The notes under the pieces are model-generated. The model worked only from the letters and a program-made list of their open reading frames with translations, was not told the DNA's origin and did not search any database. From assembly GCA_012295275.1 (NCBI GenBank), contig CM022673.1, forward strand, positions 30,008,001 through 30,072,000: a DNA stretch of 64,000 bases. The letters run 5' to 3'. Shown here in pieces: positions 15,534 to 31,556 of this stretch. The translations under genes were made by a program, and so were the position numbers. Source of the stretch: Chrysomallon squamiferum. Its lineage: Eukaryota; Animalia; Mollusca. Each line of letters starts with the position of its first letter. Position 1 is the stretch's first letter.

Positions 15534-15814
15534 TTATTTATTATTTTTTGGTTGCTGCAACTTCCAGTTCATTGAAAAAACCAAAAAACTGAAACACAAA
15601 AACGTCAGTGAAAATAGTTTATAGTTTTCAGAAAAGTGAGATGTTATTTAAATTTTATGGTAATATTATTTACGTTTCGACGCCATTATGAAAAGCTCCT
15701 CGTTTGGTGGGAGATCGTTTTCACTGTAAGCTGACATCTGATCACAAATAACTAGTTTATGGGTTATTGCTCATAATCACTCATATTCACATTATTCTGC
15801 TACATCTTATTTTG

Positions 15815-15854
<40 letters not shown>

Positions 15855-17223
15855 AAATAAAAATAAAAATAAAAATATATGTATAGTTTTCGACTATGGA
15901 GCAAAGAACTATTGTATATCATGCAGAATTGTCAATGTACAGGGCCTCACTTTAGTGCAGAAAGGTCACCACATTTGAAAACACGTGCGCACCAAATAAC
16001 TTAAAATTGGGATATATCCTTGCCATGATGTGATATCAAATGCAAGTGGCGATGAAATGTATTTTCAGAGGGCGAAATGTCGCCGATTCTCAGTTTTCCG
16101 CAAAGATGTCAAATTTTAGCTTCAGTTGAAAGCGCTTTAAATATTTTCTTGCTCTGTCCAGTAATTATTCATTCTTGTTGACAAGTTCTTTCTCATTTTT
16201 TTCTATTTCTTTTCTTAATTTTTCATTTTTTTTTTTTTGAAGACTTATTTAATAGAAAAAAAAAGAGAGGAAAATTGTTTACAGTTGTTATTTTATTTAT
16301 TCCATTTACACTGTTCTGTAATTGTGTATAATAATTGGTTGTCAAGTATCGTATAATATATTATATCAGATAATAAACCATAAACAAATTCAAAAAAAAA
16401 AAAAAAAAAAAAAATAAAAAAAAATAAAAAAAATCAACCTTAAAATCGACCTAGATAAAAAAGAAAATACATAGAGAAATACCAATCAGTTAACTAACTA
16501 AATAAAATAAATAAAATACAATAAAATAGAAAATAAAGTAAAACAATCTCCTGTCTGAAAATAATTAAAGAAAAACAAAGAATGAAGTTAGAAACCATGA
16601 CCACTTTCTTAGAAATTTCATCGTTCAGTTTTTAATTTTTTTGTTTTTAATTTTGAATGCTTTACAGGAAAAATATTATACAGATTAAAACATTCTATCA
16701 TTATGAAACCTTTTATCATGTCAGTGTTGTAAATTATTATAACAAAGGGATAACAAGTGCTGTGTTTTTTTTTCTGCAAACATTTCTAGTAAACTCATCA
16801 TTGTTGAAACCATGGAGATACAGATGTCCTTTCTTTCTCTCTTACACTCGAAACGGCGTCAGAATTATTAAGTATGTGCTATTTAATAGCTGAACACGTG
16901 TTGACAGAATGGTTTAACAAGTACTCAGCATCTCACTTGTTTAGACCAAGAAGAAGAAAAAGGAAAAAGAAAGATTTATTTTAAACTGGATTTATCGTCT
17001 GCTTTTTCTGAGACATATTAAACAAACAATAGTTTACGTTCGATTATGATGATGATGCTACTGATGATTATTGTGATGATAGAGATAAATAAATAAATAA
17101 TAAGAATGATGTTTCTAATGATAATGACAACAGTAATAATAAGAGAAAATTCCCGACCATAACAAAAATTGAGATACCTGTTGAAGTTGTTTCAGTAGAG
17201 GCTTTCGTTTTAGTTGTCGTAGA

Positions 17224-20200
17224 GTACTGGTAGTAATGGTACACGTTGTACTGGTAGTTATGGTACAGGTTGTACTGGTAGTAATGGTACACGTTGTACT
17301 GGTAGTTATGGTACAGGTTGTACTGGTAGTAATGGTACAAGGTGTACTGGTAGTAATGGTACAGGTTGTACTGGTAGTAATGGTACAGGTTGTACTGGTA
17401 GTAATGTACAGGTTGTACTGGTAGTAATAGTACAGGTTGTACTGGTAGTAATGGTACACGTTGTACTGGTAGTAATGGTACAGGTTGTACTGGTAGTAAT
17501 GGTACACGTTGTACTGGTAGTAATGGTACAGGTTGTACTGGTAGTAATGGTACAGGTTGTACTGGTAGTAATGTACAGATTGTACTGGTAGTAATGGTAC
17601 AGGTTTTACTGATAGTAATGGTACAGGTTGTACTGGTAGTAATGTACAGGTTGTACTGGTAGTTATGGTACAGGTTGTACTGGTAGTAATGGTACAGGTT
17701 GTACTGGTAGTAATGGTACAGGTTTTACTGGTAGTAATGTACAGGTTGTACTGGTGGTAATGGTACAGGTTGTACTGGTAGTAATGTACAGGTTGTACTG
17801 GTAGTAATGGTACAGGTTGTACTGGTAGTAATGGTACAAGTTGTACTGGTAGTAATGGTACACGTTGTACTGGTAGTAATGGTACAGGTTGTACTGGTAG
17901 TAATGGTACAAGTTTTACTGGTAGTAATGTACAGGTTGTACTGGTAGTTATGGTACACGTTGTACTGGTAGTAATGGTACAAGTTGTACTGGTAGTAATG
18001 GTACACGTGTACTGGTAGTAATGGTACACGTTGTACTGGTAGTAATGGTACAGGTTGTACTGGTAGTAATGGTACACGTTGTACTGGTAGTAATGGTACA
18101 GGTTGTACTGGTAGTAATGTACAGGTTGTACTGGTAGTAATGTACAGGTTGTACTGGTAGTTATGGTACAGGTTGTACTGGTAGTAATGGTACAGGTGGT
18201 ACTGGTAGTAATGGTACAGGTTTTACTGGTAGTAATGTACAGGTTGTACTGGTAGTAATGGTACAGGTTGTACTGGTAGTAATGTACAGGTTGTACTGGT
18301 AGTAATGGTACAGGTTTTACTGATAGTAATGGTACAGGTTGTACTGGTAGTTATGTACAGGTTGTACTGGTAGTAATGGTACAGGTTTTACTGATAGTAA
18401 TGGTACAGGTTGTACTGGTAGTAATGGTACAGGTTTTACTGATAGTAATGGTACAGGTTGTACTGGTAGTAATGTACAGGTTGTACTGGTAGTAATAGTG
18501 TACTGGTAGTAATGTACAGGTTGTACTGGTAGTAATAGTACAGGTTGTACTGGTAGTAATGGTACACGTTGTACTGGTAGTAATGGTACAGGTTGTACTG
18601 GTAGTAATGGTACACGTTGTACTGGTAGTTATGGTACAGGTTGTACTGGTAGTAATGGTACAGGTTTTACTGGTAGTAATGTACAGGTTGTACTGGTAGT
18701 AATGGTACACGTTGTACTGGTAGTAATGTACAGGTTGTACTGGTAGTAATGTACAGGTTGTACTGGTAGTTATGGTACAGGTTGTACTGCTAGTAATGGT
18801 ACAGGTTTTACTGGTAGTAATGTACAGGTTGTACTGGTGGTAATGGTACAGGTTGTACTGGTAGTAATGTACAGGTTGTACTGGTAGTAATGGTACACGT
18901 TGTACTGGTAGTAATGTACAGGTTGTACTGGTAGTTATGGTACAGGTTGTACTGGTAGTAATGGTACAGGTTGTACTGGTAGTAATGTACAGGTTGTACT
19001 GGTAGTAATGTACAGGTTGTACTGGTAGTTATGGTACAGGTTGTACTGGTAGTAATGGTACAGGTTTTACTGGTAGTAATGTACAGGTTGTACTGGTGGT
19101 AATGGTACAGGTTGTACTGGTAGTAATGTACAGGTTGTACTGGTAGTAATGGTACACGTTGTACTGGTAGTTATGGTACAGGTTGTACTGGTAGTAATGG
19201 TACACGTTGTACTGGTAGTAATGGTACAGGTTTTACTGGTAGTAATGTACAGGTTGTACTGGTAGTAATGGTACACGTTGTACTGGTAGTAATGTACAGG
19301 TTGTACTGGTAGTAATGTACAGGTTGTACTGGTAGTTATGGTACAGGTTGTACTGCTAGTAATGGTACAGGTTTTACTGGTAGTAATGTACAGGTTGTAC
19401 TGGTGGTAATGGTACAGGTTGTACTAGTAGTAATGTACAGGTTGTACTGGTAGTAATGGTACACGTTGTACTGGTAGTAATGTACAGGTTGTACTGGTAG
19501 TAATGGTACACGTTGTACTGGTAGTAATGTACAGGTTGTACTGGTAGTAATGTACAGGTTGTACTGGTAGTAATGGTACAGGTTGTACTGGTAGTAATGT
19601 ACAGGTTGTACTGGTAGTAATGGTACAGGTTGTACTAGTAGTAATGTACAGGTTGTACTGGTAGTAATGTACAGGTTGTACTGGTAGTAATGTACAGGTT
19701 GTACTGGTAGTAATGTACAGGTTGTACTAGTAGTAATGTACAGGTTGTACTGGTAGTAATGTACAGGTTGTACTGGTAGTAATGTACAGGTTGTACTAGT
19801 AGTAATGTACAGGTTGTACTGGTAGTAATGTACAGGTTGTACTGGTAGTAATGTACAGGTTGTACTGGTAGTAATGTACAGGTTGTACTGGTAGTTATGG
19901 TACAGGTTGTACTGGTAGTAATGGTACAGGTTGTACTGGTAGTAATGTACAGGTTGTACTGGTAGTAATGTACAGGTTGTACTGGTAGTTATGGTACAGG
20001 TTGTACTGGTAGTAATGGTACAGGTTTTACTGGTAGTAATGTACAGGTTGTACTGGTGGTAATGGTACAGGTTGTACTGGTAGTAATGTACAGGTTGTAC
20101 TGGTAGTAATGGTACACGTTGTACTGGTAGTTATGGTACAGGTTGTACTGGTAGTAATGGTACACGTTGTACTGGTAGTTATGGTACAGGTTGTACTGGT

Positions 20201-20452
20201 AGTAATGGTACACGTTGTACTGGTAGTAATGTACAGGTTGTACTGGTAGTAATGGTACACGTTGTACTGGTAGTTATGGTACAGGTTGTACTGGTAGTAA
20301 TGTACAGGTTGTACTGGTAGTAATGGTACAGGTTGTACTGGTAGTTATGGTACAGGTTGTACTGGTAGTAATGGTACACGTTGTACTGGTAGTAATGTAC
20401 AGGTTGTACTGGTAGTAATGTACAGGTTGTACTGGTAGTTATGGTACAGGTT
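17224..20452. repeat. Minisatellite array, 24-bp unit GTACTGGTAGTAATGGTACAGGTT mixed with a 23-bp single-G-deletion variant (~135 units)
   Basis: Directly visible. Variants include CACGTT for CAGGTT, GTTATG for GTAATG, TTTTAC for TTGTAC and GGTGGT for GGTAGT. Accounts for all TTCTITTS / YHYYQYNL / VQPVPLLP ORFs in the track. Confidence 0.98.
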
Positions 20453-21373
20453 CCGTCTGATTGGTCATTAAATTTGATTATGATCGTTATGTTAAACATA
20501 TAATAAATAGTAATAATAATACTTTTTGAAATATCTTTAAATATTAATTCTAAATTCAGATATACACATACAACACACACAAATATTATACTGTTTAAAA
20601 AGTAAATGAAGATGTAAAATCGCAGTTCATATAAATCATCCAAATAACAACAGATGTCAAAAGTATGTATATAGATATAGATACACAAATCTAAAACCTT
20701 ATATAAATGTGAATGCGTTTATGTATATGTCTATGTCTGTATATATGTACGTGTATATGTGTGTGTGTGTGTGTGTGAGTGTGTGTGTGTATGTGAGTGT
20801 GTGTGTAAAGAGAGATCATAGTCTATGAAGCAAATTCATGGAGCATCATCATTCTATATTACATTTATGAATGACACCATATAATCTTTAATAACCATAT
20901 AATCTTTAATAATGAACGAGATTTCGTAACCCTTATTTACTTATTCATTCTTTCACTCATTCATTCCATTTATTAAACTGTCACCCTTCAAGATGGCGTC
21001 AGGCAATATATCATTGCAACTGAAGTTTCCAATAAAACAGCAGTATTAAAAGATTCGATGAAAAATTGATCAGTAAAAAAGTATCCTCTGACAATAACTT
21101 TTCCTAAATAGTATAAAAAGTTTTATTGCTGGAATGAATTATCTTTCTCAGAAAACCTCCACCCAAACGCCACGGAATCCAAAACAGGTCTGATAATGTA
21201 ACAGTGTCACGTGCAGTGTTTATTAAGATTTATTCTTTCAAAAAGCATATAACTCCAACTTTACTTTTAATAAGGGTTAATACAAATGTAATATTATCTT
21301 TCCTTAAGCTCACAGCTATGTCACCTGTGTTTTTACTGTCTCTCTCAATACATACCTTCACACATATAGGTAA

Positions 21374-21414
<41 letters not shown>

Positions 21415-22660
21415 AACACACACACACACACATGAAATCACATACATAAAGACGTAGCTATAATTATGCAACTCTATCTATTTCATATAAGCATACAGAC
21501 ACACAAATGTATGTATATATTTGTGGGTGTGTATGTGTATGTACACACATATACATACATATATACACCCATACATACGTACACAGCTGGACAATCGTAT
21601 TTATTTGTAATAATATTTCAAAAGCATGCTTACTTTAGTTTAGCGAACAATTTGGCACTTTAAAACAGGGTTTAATAAAAAATAAAAAATAAAAAATAAG
21701 AAAGAAAAAAGAACGTAGCTTTCATCCACTGATTACATTTGAAATGAATAGCGTAATAGTAGTGTTTTAATTTATTTGTTCATGGTGTTTTTCATTTGTA
21801 AACTATTGTGTCAGGACTTAAAGAACAATATACCCTTCTTGAATAACCCAGAGATTCTGTGTTTGATTAAAAATTATTTTCTATTGATGAGAAATGTTTT
21901 TCGGACATTTTGCTTTTTTCAGTCAGACTAAAAAAAAAAAAAAAAAAAAAAAAAAATAGATGAGACCTTTTGTCCTCGCTTGTATTGAAAATAAAGTCAT
22001 TGGAGCGAGGAATTTTACAACTTCCTTTTTATTTATTTTATTTTATACGGAAGGAAACCCATGGCTTTATTTTTTTCAATTTAAGTAACTCGAAACAAGC
22101 GTGTTTGCTTGATCTTGTAAACCCATATTATTTTGTAATGCCATTTTTACCATTATCTTTCTTTGAAAGGCAAGTTATTTTGCGGCGGTTTACTTTTTTC
22201 ACCTGCCTTTTATTCAGTTCATATTACCAAAATGTATTGTCCGTAGCGGTACTCTGCCATAACGGTCAATTTATCCTTTTCATAATTTTCTCCCCTGTTT
22301 TCTGAAAAGAATAGTCCACGGAATTTACATTTCTATTACCAACAGCACGATAGGAGTTCTAGTCGCTTGTCTGGTATACCTATAGAAATACAACCCACCC
22401 ACGCAAGCATCAGTTTGGTAGAGACATGCACACGCATACGCATGCACAATGACATGCATCAGTGCACCAATGGACGAACATAAAAAAACAACAAAAAACA
22501 AAGAGAGAAAAAAAGACAAAAGGAAAATACTGGAGAGAACTGGAAAAAAAAAAAAAAAAATCTTCCCAAATAATCAAAATATAAAAAGAGAAAAATTACA
22601 AACATTTACCCTGAAACAAACTCTCAAACACTAGCAAATACATAAATACACTCACAGCTG

Positions 22661-22704
<44 letters not shown>

Positions 22705-24109
22705 CATGCTTACATACAAACATACAAACAGATAACCAAACATAAATGTACGCATGACTGTTACACATACCCATAAACACATACACGTGTATGTATCTTA
22801 CAGCAATAGTTATCTGCTCATGTATAACAGTTTACGAACCGACATTAAATGAAACTCTTTGTTTATATTACTATTACACATCCTGAAATTTTATGTGTTA
22901 ATAAGAATTTGAAGATTGGCAGGATTTGAGTTAAACGACATATTTAAATGATCTTATCTGTATTTAATTCAAGTATTTGGGAAAATCAATTTTTTCTAGT
23001 TACGATGTTCATATATATATATATATATGTGCATGTGTTTCTATTTGTGTGTATATATATACATATTATTTGTGCGTGTGTGTGTGTGTGTTGATGTGTG
23101 GTTAAAAAAAGAGACAGAAAGAGAGCGAATGAAAGGTGATTTAGAGAAACATTTAATGAAAGAGAGAGAATTAACAGAAAGCGAAGAAACAAATAAAAAA
23201 GCGAGTATACAAAAATAGCAGATTGAATTGAGATATTTATGTAGACAGGTGGTTCAAAAAAGTCTATGATCAATAATTTTATCTTTCAACTAAATTCTGC
23301 AAACATCTGCATTGTTAGATATAACGGTGAGGGAACGAAAATCAAAGCTTGACAATTTAATCATATTAAAATCTTAGCTCAGCCTATTTCTGTTTTTACC
23401 GTTAAACGCTTTGAAGTGTAAGGCCCCATGCGATACATTTAATACTACAGTTAGGTGAAGATCAATATGAAAGTATAACTTCGAAAATGAAATTAAAAAC
23501 AGAAAGGGTAAAAATAGGACTCCCTACCGTCGCGATAAACAATAATATTGAAAAGCACATCAATTTATCTATTTTCTTGCTCCACCAGTGTTTTTTGATC
23601 TTCACAGATAAACCCACATTCACTTCGAGGCTTTATTTTCTTTGTCCTCATTTCTGAATCAGGACATTTGTAGTGAAGCCGCCCACATGAGGTGACAAAA
23701 TTCACGCTGTGAGCACGGAACAGAGTTAAAACATGGACGATCGTTTAATACAGTCTCAGAGGGAGGGAAGGGGGGGGGGGACATCGAGCATATACACATA
23801 TAGATTTCTCTTTGTATGCACCTCTGTGGAATATTGCCTATACCTTGAGTTAATCAATTATTTTAGTAATTCGTCAGGCGGTGCATACATTCTTAACTGT
23901 TAAGTGCCACATAGGGACTGTGTTTAATTATAGAGCTCGGTCGGCCAGTTCTAACAACTAGAGAAGGGGTGTAAATGAATGAAAACATAATTTGGCTTAA
24001 GTGTGTGTGTGTGTGTGTGTGCACATATATACATATACACAAACATACACACACACACACACATGTATGTATTTTTGTTACTAGAACTTTTTCTATTATT
24101 ACTACGCCA

Positions 24110-24273
24110 GCTATTGATAACAAAAAAGCTGCTATCACTTCTACTAGTACTACCGCCACTACTATTACTTCTACTAGTACTACCGCCACTACTATTACTG
24201 CTATCGATAACAAAAAAGCTGCTATCACTTCTACTAGTACTACCGCCACTACTATTACTGCTATCGATAACAA
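24110..24273. repeat. Compound tandem repeat of two 30-bp modules in order A-B-B-A-B-A'
   Basis: A ~ GCTATCGATAACAAAAAAGCTGCTATCACT and B = TCTACTAGTACTACCGCCACTACTATTACT; the copies are near-identical. Confidence 0.85.
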
Positions 24274-24538
24274 ACAAATTGCTTGTTTTTAAGAAATATA
24301 TATATTTTTTGTATAGCAACAGTTAAATCAATATGCATGCATGTACTACTGTCGAAAGCGATGAACTGAAAAATGAACACATTTTTTTATTTATTTTTTA
24401 ATGCCAGATAAAAATAACAAAAAACACCACAAAAAATCAAGAAGTGTTTATTAACTTAAGACATAAGATTTATCTTGTTCAGATCGAATGGCATTGTTAT
24501 CTTCGCAGGATAAAGATACATCTAAAGGCTGTATCCAG

Positions 24539-24744
<206 letters not shown>

Positions 24745-25658
24745 ATTATTATTATTATTTGTCTGATATAACTTATAATGCAAAATTTCATATAATTTTA
24801 TCCATTTCAAAATGTTTCTTCATTACAATATACCCTATTTTGGCGGTCGCAAACAAAGGCAGATGAAATACTACAGCTTTGTTGAATCTGTGCATGTTCT
24901 GTCCGGGGCGAGAAGTGCTCTCCATTCCGTGTCGTTTCGTTTTTTCAGTGATTTTAAGATTAAAAGTTTTTAGAAAACGCACAGTATTGATATTTATACT
25001 ATTGATATTGATATTTAAAATAAAGAGATTAAACACATTTATAAAAAATAAAACACATTGTGAAGACAAAAACTAAATTTACATGTGGGTATATATGTAC
25101 CTGATACGCGTTTGGTTGACTTGCAACCGTAGTTATATGTTAATATATTTGTACATTCATGTATGAATGCATTGGTTGTTTTTAAGTCCATTCCTAAGCT
25201 TGGAAAGTAACTGGTTTCAATTTCAAACAAAGACGACAAAAAAAAAAAAAAAGAAGATACCCTAACATGTATTTAATAATCCTAAATCTCTATTTATCTT
25301 TTCACCTGGTAAATTAATTTGCATAATAATTTAACATTTCAGATGGACTGTTTTATAAATTTATTTGTTCGGCAACCTTGTGGGAGTTTATATGGATATT
25401 TACACACATACCAGTAATCTCACACACATACACACTTTCATATATACGTACATACATTATATGCAAACATACATGCGTATATAAATGCATACAAACGGGC
25501 GAATGGGTGTCATACGTTCGAATCTCGTCAGCGGTATTTGACGGGTTTGTGAGGTCGTGATTGGACTTTGTCCTCCTGCGCCAGTGCGTTCCCGAATATT
25601 ATCTATGTGCAGAGTCTAATCAGACGTACATAAGTCAGAGAATATTCAAATCCTAAAC

Positions 25659-25724
25659 TACTTACTGACATACATACATATACATATATATATATATATA
25701 TATTTGTATGTATGTCAGTAAGTA
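25659..25724. repeat. Perfect 20-bp inverted repeat around a (TA)n-rich core
   Basis: TACTTACTGACATACATACA (25659-25678) is the exact reverse complement of TGTATGTATGTCAGTAAGTA (25705-25724). Confidence 0.9.
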
Positions 25725-26071
25725 CGTACATACATATATCATAACACATATATATATATTAATGATTGTCCTAAATGAGAAGTATTTGTAAGATGTTAGA
25801 TTTACGTGCAGATTTTAGAAGTTCTGACAGCTAATTTTTTGAGAGATTCACCAGTTATGTCTTTTATTCTGCAGTCCTATGTAATACAATAAATAAATAA
25901 AATTAAATGTTTTATTTCTCAACTCACCGTATTGAGAATAGGTGATTCGCGTTTTGATTTCGTTCAAAAACAGTTTTTGCTTGAATTTACGTATACGTAT
26001 GTAAGTATGTATGTATGATGTATGTATGTGTACGTGTGTTTGTGTGTGCGTGTATATATATATATATGTAG

Positions 26072-26119
<48 letters not shown>

Positions 26120-27086
26120 AGACGCACACACACAAACACACATCAATATTTCTAAAAAGGAAACAGGCTCTATTCAGTTGTGATTAATAAGGTTAAAACC
26201 GTCCTAAAATTAAACACAAAATTACTTTAAAAACGGGCTGATGTGTGGATAAGAAATGTGATTAAGTCGACCCCTGGTTTTGACATGAAATGGAGGCAGC
26301 GCGTGCACGACCGCGACGCGACATCTATCGGGATTATATAGATTCTGTCTGATTATCATAAAGGATGTAAATTTGCGGTTTGGCACGACTGGGCTCACAA
26401 AGTTGTCTTTGTTGTGGAGAAATTAGTATTGTCGACAAAGTCACGTTGACCCCTCGCAAAAGACACAATTCAAATGCGCTGTCACACTAACTGAGTTACT
26501 ACATTTCCATCTTTTGTACAGAAATCGCGAATCATACAAGTCGTTTTCTCTTAATCATTAAAATAGTGACCACACAGAGCATGCGTCAATTTATTTTTAA
26601 GCCATACTTTTATTTTTCTTGATAGTTTTACTTTTTCCCTTCTTTTTAAAAAAAATAATTTATTTTTAAAATATGCATAAAATACTCCCTATTATTCAAA
26701 CTTCAAGTAAAATTAGAGTGACTGCACTCAAAATCGCACGTCAGCATAATTATGTGATATTTGTATTATGTTTTTTATTATTATTTTTTTTTTTCTCATC
26801 ATAAGATGACCATTCCTTACCTGTCGTCATGGAAACCAAAGAAAATATAAATTTACTCAGTTACCTTTGATGTTTATATTGTCGAATTCTTCAAATTCTA
26901 ATAAATTATGTTATTAGTGAGATGTTTTTTCTTGACTGTGTTTTGTGATGCGTCTGTTTATACGTCTGGAGCTAATATAAACAGGTCTTGTGCAGACAGC
27001 CTACGACCCTTTTTTTTAAATTTCTAATTAAACTTATTTCATTAGAAAGTTATATTCAGCACACGCAGAAGGATACAAGTACAAAT

Positions 27087-27202
<116 letters not shown>

Positions 27203-27384
27203 TCTCCATGGATCTGTTTATGTGTGTCCCGGTGTATACACACGCATGGACATATGCATGCATACTAACACACTCATTCGCTAAATACATTCGACTGTTA
27301 ACAAACGCAAATAAATAATGAAGAAAGTTAGAGAATTTATTAATTTAAATGAAAATAAATATATTACACGGTGATTGAAGCCAA

Positions 27385-27454
<70 letters not shown>

Positions 27455-27899
27455 CAAATGAAATAAAAAGCAAAAATAAAATGTTCGGTCGCTGTATTTT
27501 GTAAACAGCAAATTACTGGGATAGTGGGATAATTTACAAAAGATAAAGTTACACATATATAATACATTTCAATGAACAGTACGCATCTGTTGCCAGAGTC
27601 AAATTCAGCTTTTGTGTGGTCGAGTATCTTGGTGTCACATTAGCTAATTTCTTAGTTTTTTCTTTTAGAAGATATTTTTTATACAATAGAAAACGAAGAA
27701 CAAGTAGAGCAGAGAAAACGACAAACAGAAGAAAAGTAAGTGGAACAAAAACACTAAAAAAATATATAGAGAAAGAAAACGAAGAACAAAAGGTAAGTCT
27801 GATAAAACATACGCCTTGCTTGATTTCTGATGGAAATCATTAATGAATAATTTTATTCAAGAATAACAGTTAAAGCATCTCCGAAAGCAAAATAAGCAG

Positions 27900-27940
<41 letters not shown>

Positions 27941-28431
27941 TAAATAAATAATAATAAAAATAACAATATCAAAAACTTCGGCAGCGGCAGCAGCAACAAT
28001 AACAACAATGATGATGATGATGATAATAATAAATAGGTTTTTAATTATTATTTTTTTAATATTATATAAGACAGACATCGTACAACGGTATCAGTAATTT
28101 TAGTTCTCTGCAAAGATACATTTGTGATCTGTGCTGGAATATGAATGATTTTGAACGGCAATAATTTACCAAGAACCTTACCAATATCACATGATACGTA
28201 TGAAGTCAGTGGCCAGGATAGATACGATTTATTTTAATGTTCCTAAGTCTAATGGTCACTAATTTAGAAATATATTGGAGCAAAGATTGAAAAAGATACC
28301 TCGGTAACATTAAAAAATAACATAATACATACGTCTAGCTTCATATGAGATAGAAATCCTTGATGAATAATTGTATTCAAGTTTAACGAATATGTATCTT
28401 CGACAGGAAATACGTAAGTAAATAAATACTG

Positions 28432-28463
<32 letters not shown>

Positions 28464-29239
28464 ATAATAATAATAATCATTATCATCTTCATAATCATAA
28501 TCACAATCGTCAAGAAGATAAAATAGTCTCATGAATGATCTCTCTGCAACACAAACAGTTAAATGTTTAACACTCAGCACTGTCATACAAAAACAGATAA
28601 AAAAAAGAAGGAGGAGAAGAAGAAGAAAAAATAAAACAAACAAAACAGCTGATAACTGGCAGCAGCGGTGACATTTTGGCAGCAGATAAACAAAAGTTAA
28701 AAAAAAAATGTATCCTTAAATTTTCCTTTGTTTTTCCTTTTGTTTGTTTTTATTATAATTTATTATCTTTTATTCTATTCTGTTAAGTCCAAAAATAATT
28801 CTGGTTTCCAGTTTACTTCGAATATGCGAAAAGAAAGTAAACAGAAAATGAAATATAGCGGTACGACCACAGCGGCAGATAGCGCTACGTCCCTGACAAC
28901 AGGTTGCTAATTTATTCACTTTGCACGTGACTGCGGATTCGCTTCCAGTTGGTCTCGTGCCCGATTTGTGGACTTCGTGTCAGGCAATGAGAAAAACGCA
29001 TTAAATATGTTCTTGTTATTTATTAGAAAATAAATTAATTTGTATTAAAAGCGAATATAGTATTCTTGTATATTTATAGAATGTATTGCAGGCACTTGAA
29101 GACAGAATCACATTAACAAAGGTAAACTGTTAATTTATACATTTAAGCACAACAACAACAACAACAACAATAATAATAACAAGGAAAATAATGATGAAGA
29201 TGATAGATAAATAGATAGACAGAATGATTTCTTCTACTG

Positions 29240-29313
<74 letters not shown>

Positions 29314-29632
29314 TAATAATAATAACAGCAATAACAAATATAAATAAAAATGTACCTCTAATAATAATAATGATGATAATGACAAACACGCATATAAAAT
29401 ATTACATATATTGTATTGAGGTGACGTCAGAAAACGAAAAATGGAAACATTTATGCGACACCTAGCTCTGAGTAATTTCTAGTTTAAATGTAAATGTATA
29501 AAATACGCCTACAGATTGTAATTCTATAGTTTATAAGAATATTTCCATGTCATTGTCATTGTGAACGCTTTCAAACTAGCAACAATAGCAACTATAACAA
29601 CGGCACTAAAACACGCCTTGATTTTACAACAG

Positions 29633-30093
<461 letters not shown>

Positions 30094-30173
30094 GTACCTA
30101 CTTATAGTCAGATAGGCAATATGCATAATACTTTCATAAATTCATACATATATTAATATACTGATACACCCCC

Positions 30174-30208
<35 letters not shown>

Positions 30209-30749
30209 ACATCCATACAAACATCCATATATTACATATATAAATGAATACAAACATACAGTAGTTTATAATAATAATAATAATAATAATTATAATAATA
30301 ATAATAATGCCAGACTGCGCGGACGTGACGTAAATCACCGGACCTGATATAAAAAAGTAAATGTTACCGGATGCGGATGAAAACTTGACAAACGGAACAC
30401 ACCAGCCAGTGGCAGCTGTAAAAATTTTATTTTTTTAATAATTGTTTTTGATATTTTGCTATCAGTGTTACCAAATATTTTTCGTGCCTGTTGCACCTTG
30501 ATTCGTATAAAGAAAAAGCCCAAAACGTTCACTATGACATCTTTTCTCTGATTGGATAACTCGGCATGAACTTTGTAAACAGTTACAGAACAAAGCGAAA
30601 GAGATTTCTCGGAAATGTTTGCGGAACTGCGACGTAAAAATAAACTTTGTTGAAAAAACAGTCTGCTTGATGATGTTTAAATTTTGTCAACAAGCCAGAA
30701 TCTCACTTTTAAAGTTAGGAGAAAGAGAGGAATGAGAAACATATACAGA

Positions 30750-30752
30750 GAG

Positions 30753-30844
<92 letters not shown>

Positions 30845-31290
30845 CGAAAGAGAGAAAGAAAGACAGAGAGAAAGAGAGAGAAAGAGAATGAGAGAGAGAT
30901 ACACAGAGACAAAGAACGGTAGGTGAAAAAGAAAGAGAGAGAGAGAAAGAAAGAGAGAGAGAAAGAAAGAGAGAAAAAAAGAGAGAGAAAGATACACAGA
31001 GACAAAGAACGGTAGGTGAAAGAGAGAGAAAGAAAGAGAGAGAGAAAGAAAGAGAGAGAGAATGAGAGAGAGATACACAGAGACAAAGAAGGGTAGGTGA
31101 AAAAGAAAGAGAGAGAGAGAAAGAAAGAGAGAGAGAAAGAAAGAGAGAAAGAAAAAGAGAGAGATACACAGAAACAAAGAGAGAGAGCGAGACAGAGAAA
31201 GAGAGAGAAATAGAGCGAAAGAGAGAAAGAAAGAGAGACAGAGAGGGAGAGAGAGAGAGACAGACAGACAAAGATCAGTAGGTGAAAGAG
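30750..31290. repeat. GA-rich compound repeat with recurrent unit AGATACACAGAGACAAAGAA(C/G)GGTAGGTGAAA
   Basis: The unit recurs at ~30897, 30990 and 31071, with partial copies at ~31162 and 31265, separated by (GA)/(GAAA) tracts. Confidence 0.85.
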
Positions 31291-31497
31291 AGAGAAGAAA
31301 TGTAAATGAAGGCGATAAAGATTGACGAGAAAATCATTAAATAACACAACAAAAACGAACAGCAACAACAACAAGGGAAAAACAAAAACACAAAAAGAAA
31401 GATTAACAAAACAAAGCAAAACAATATACAAGTGTGACGTCAAAATATTATGACATAATACTTATTTCTTGTAACTAATTCCATGTACATTTGTGTT

Positions 31498-31556
<59 letters not shown>

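Noticed and set aside
15940-16140. Possible hAT-like MITE remnant starting CAGGGC with internal GGCGA/TCGCC motifs
   Set aside because: The right terminus is too degenerate and no 8-bp target duplication was found.
17068-20688. Long ORFs (up to 320 aa) with TTCTITTS / YHYYQYNL / VQPVPLLP repeats
   Set aside because: Translations of the minisatellite; frequent 23-bp units shift frame at random, showing no coding constraint.
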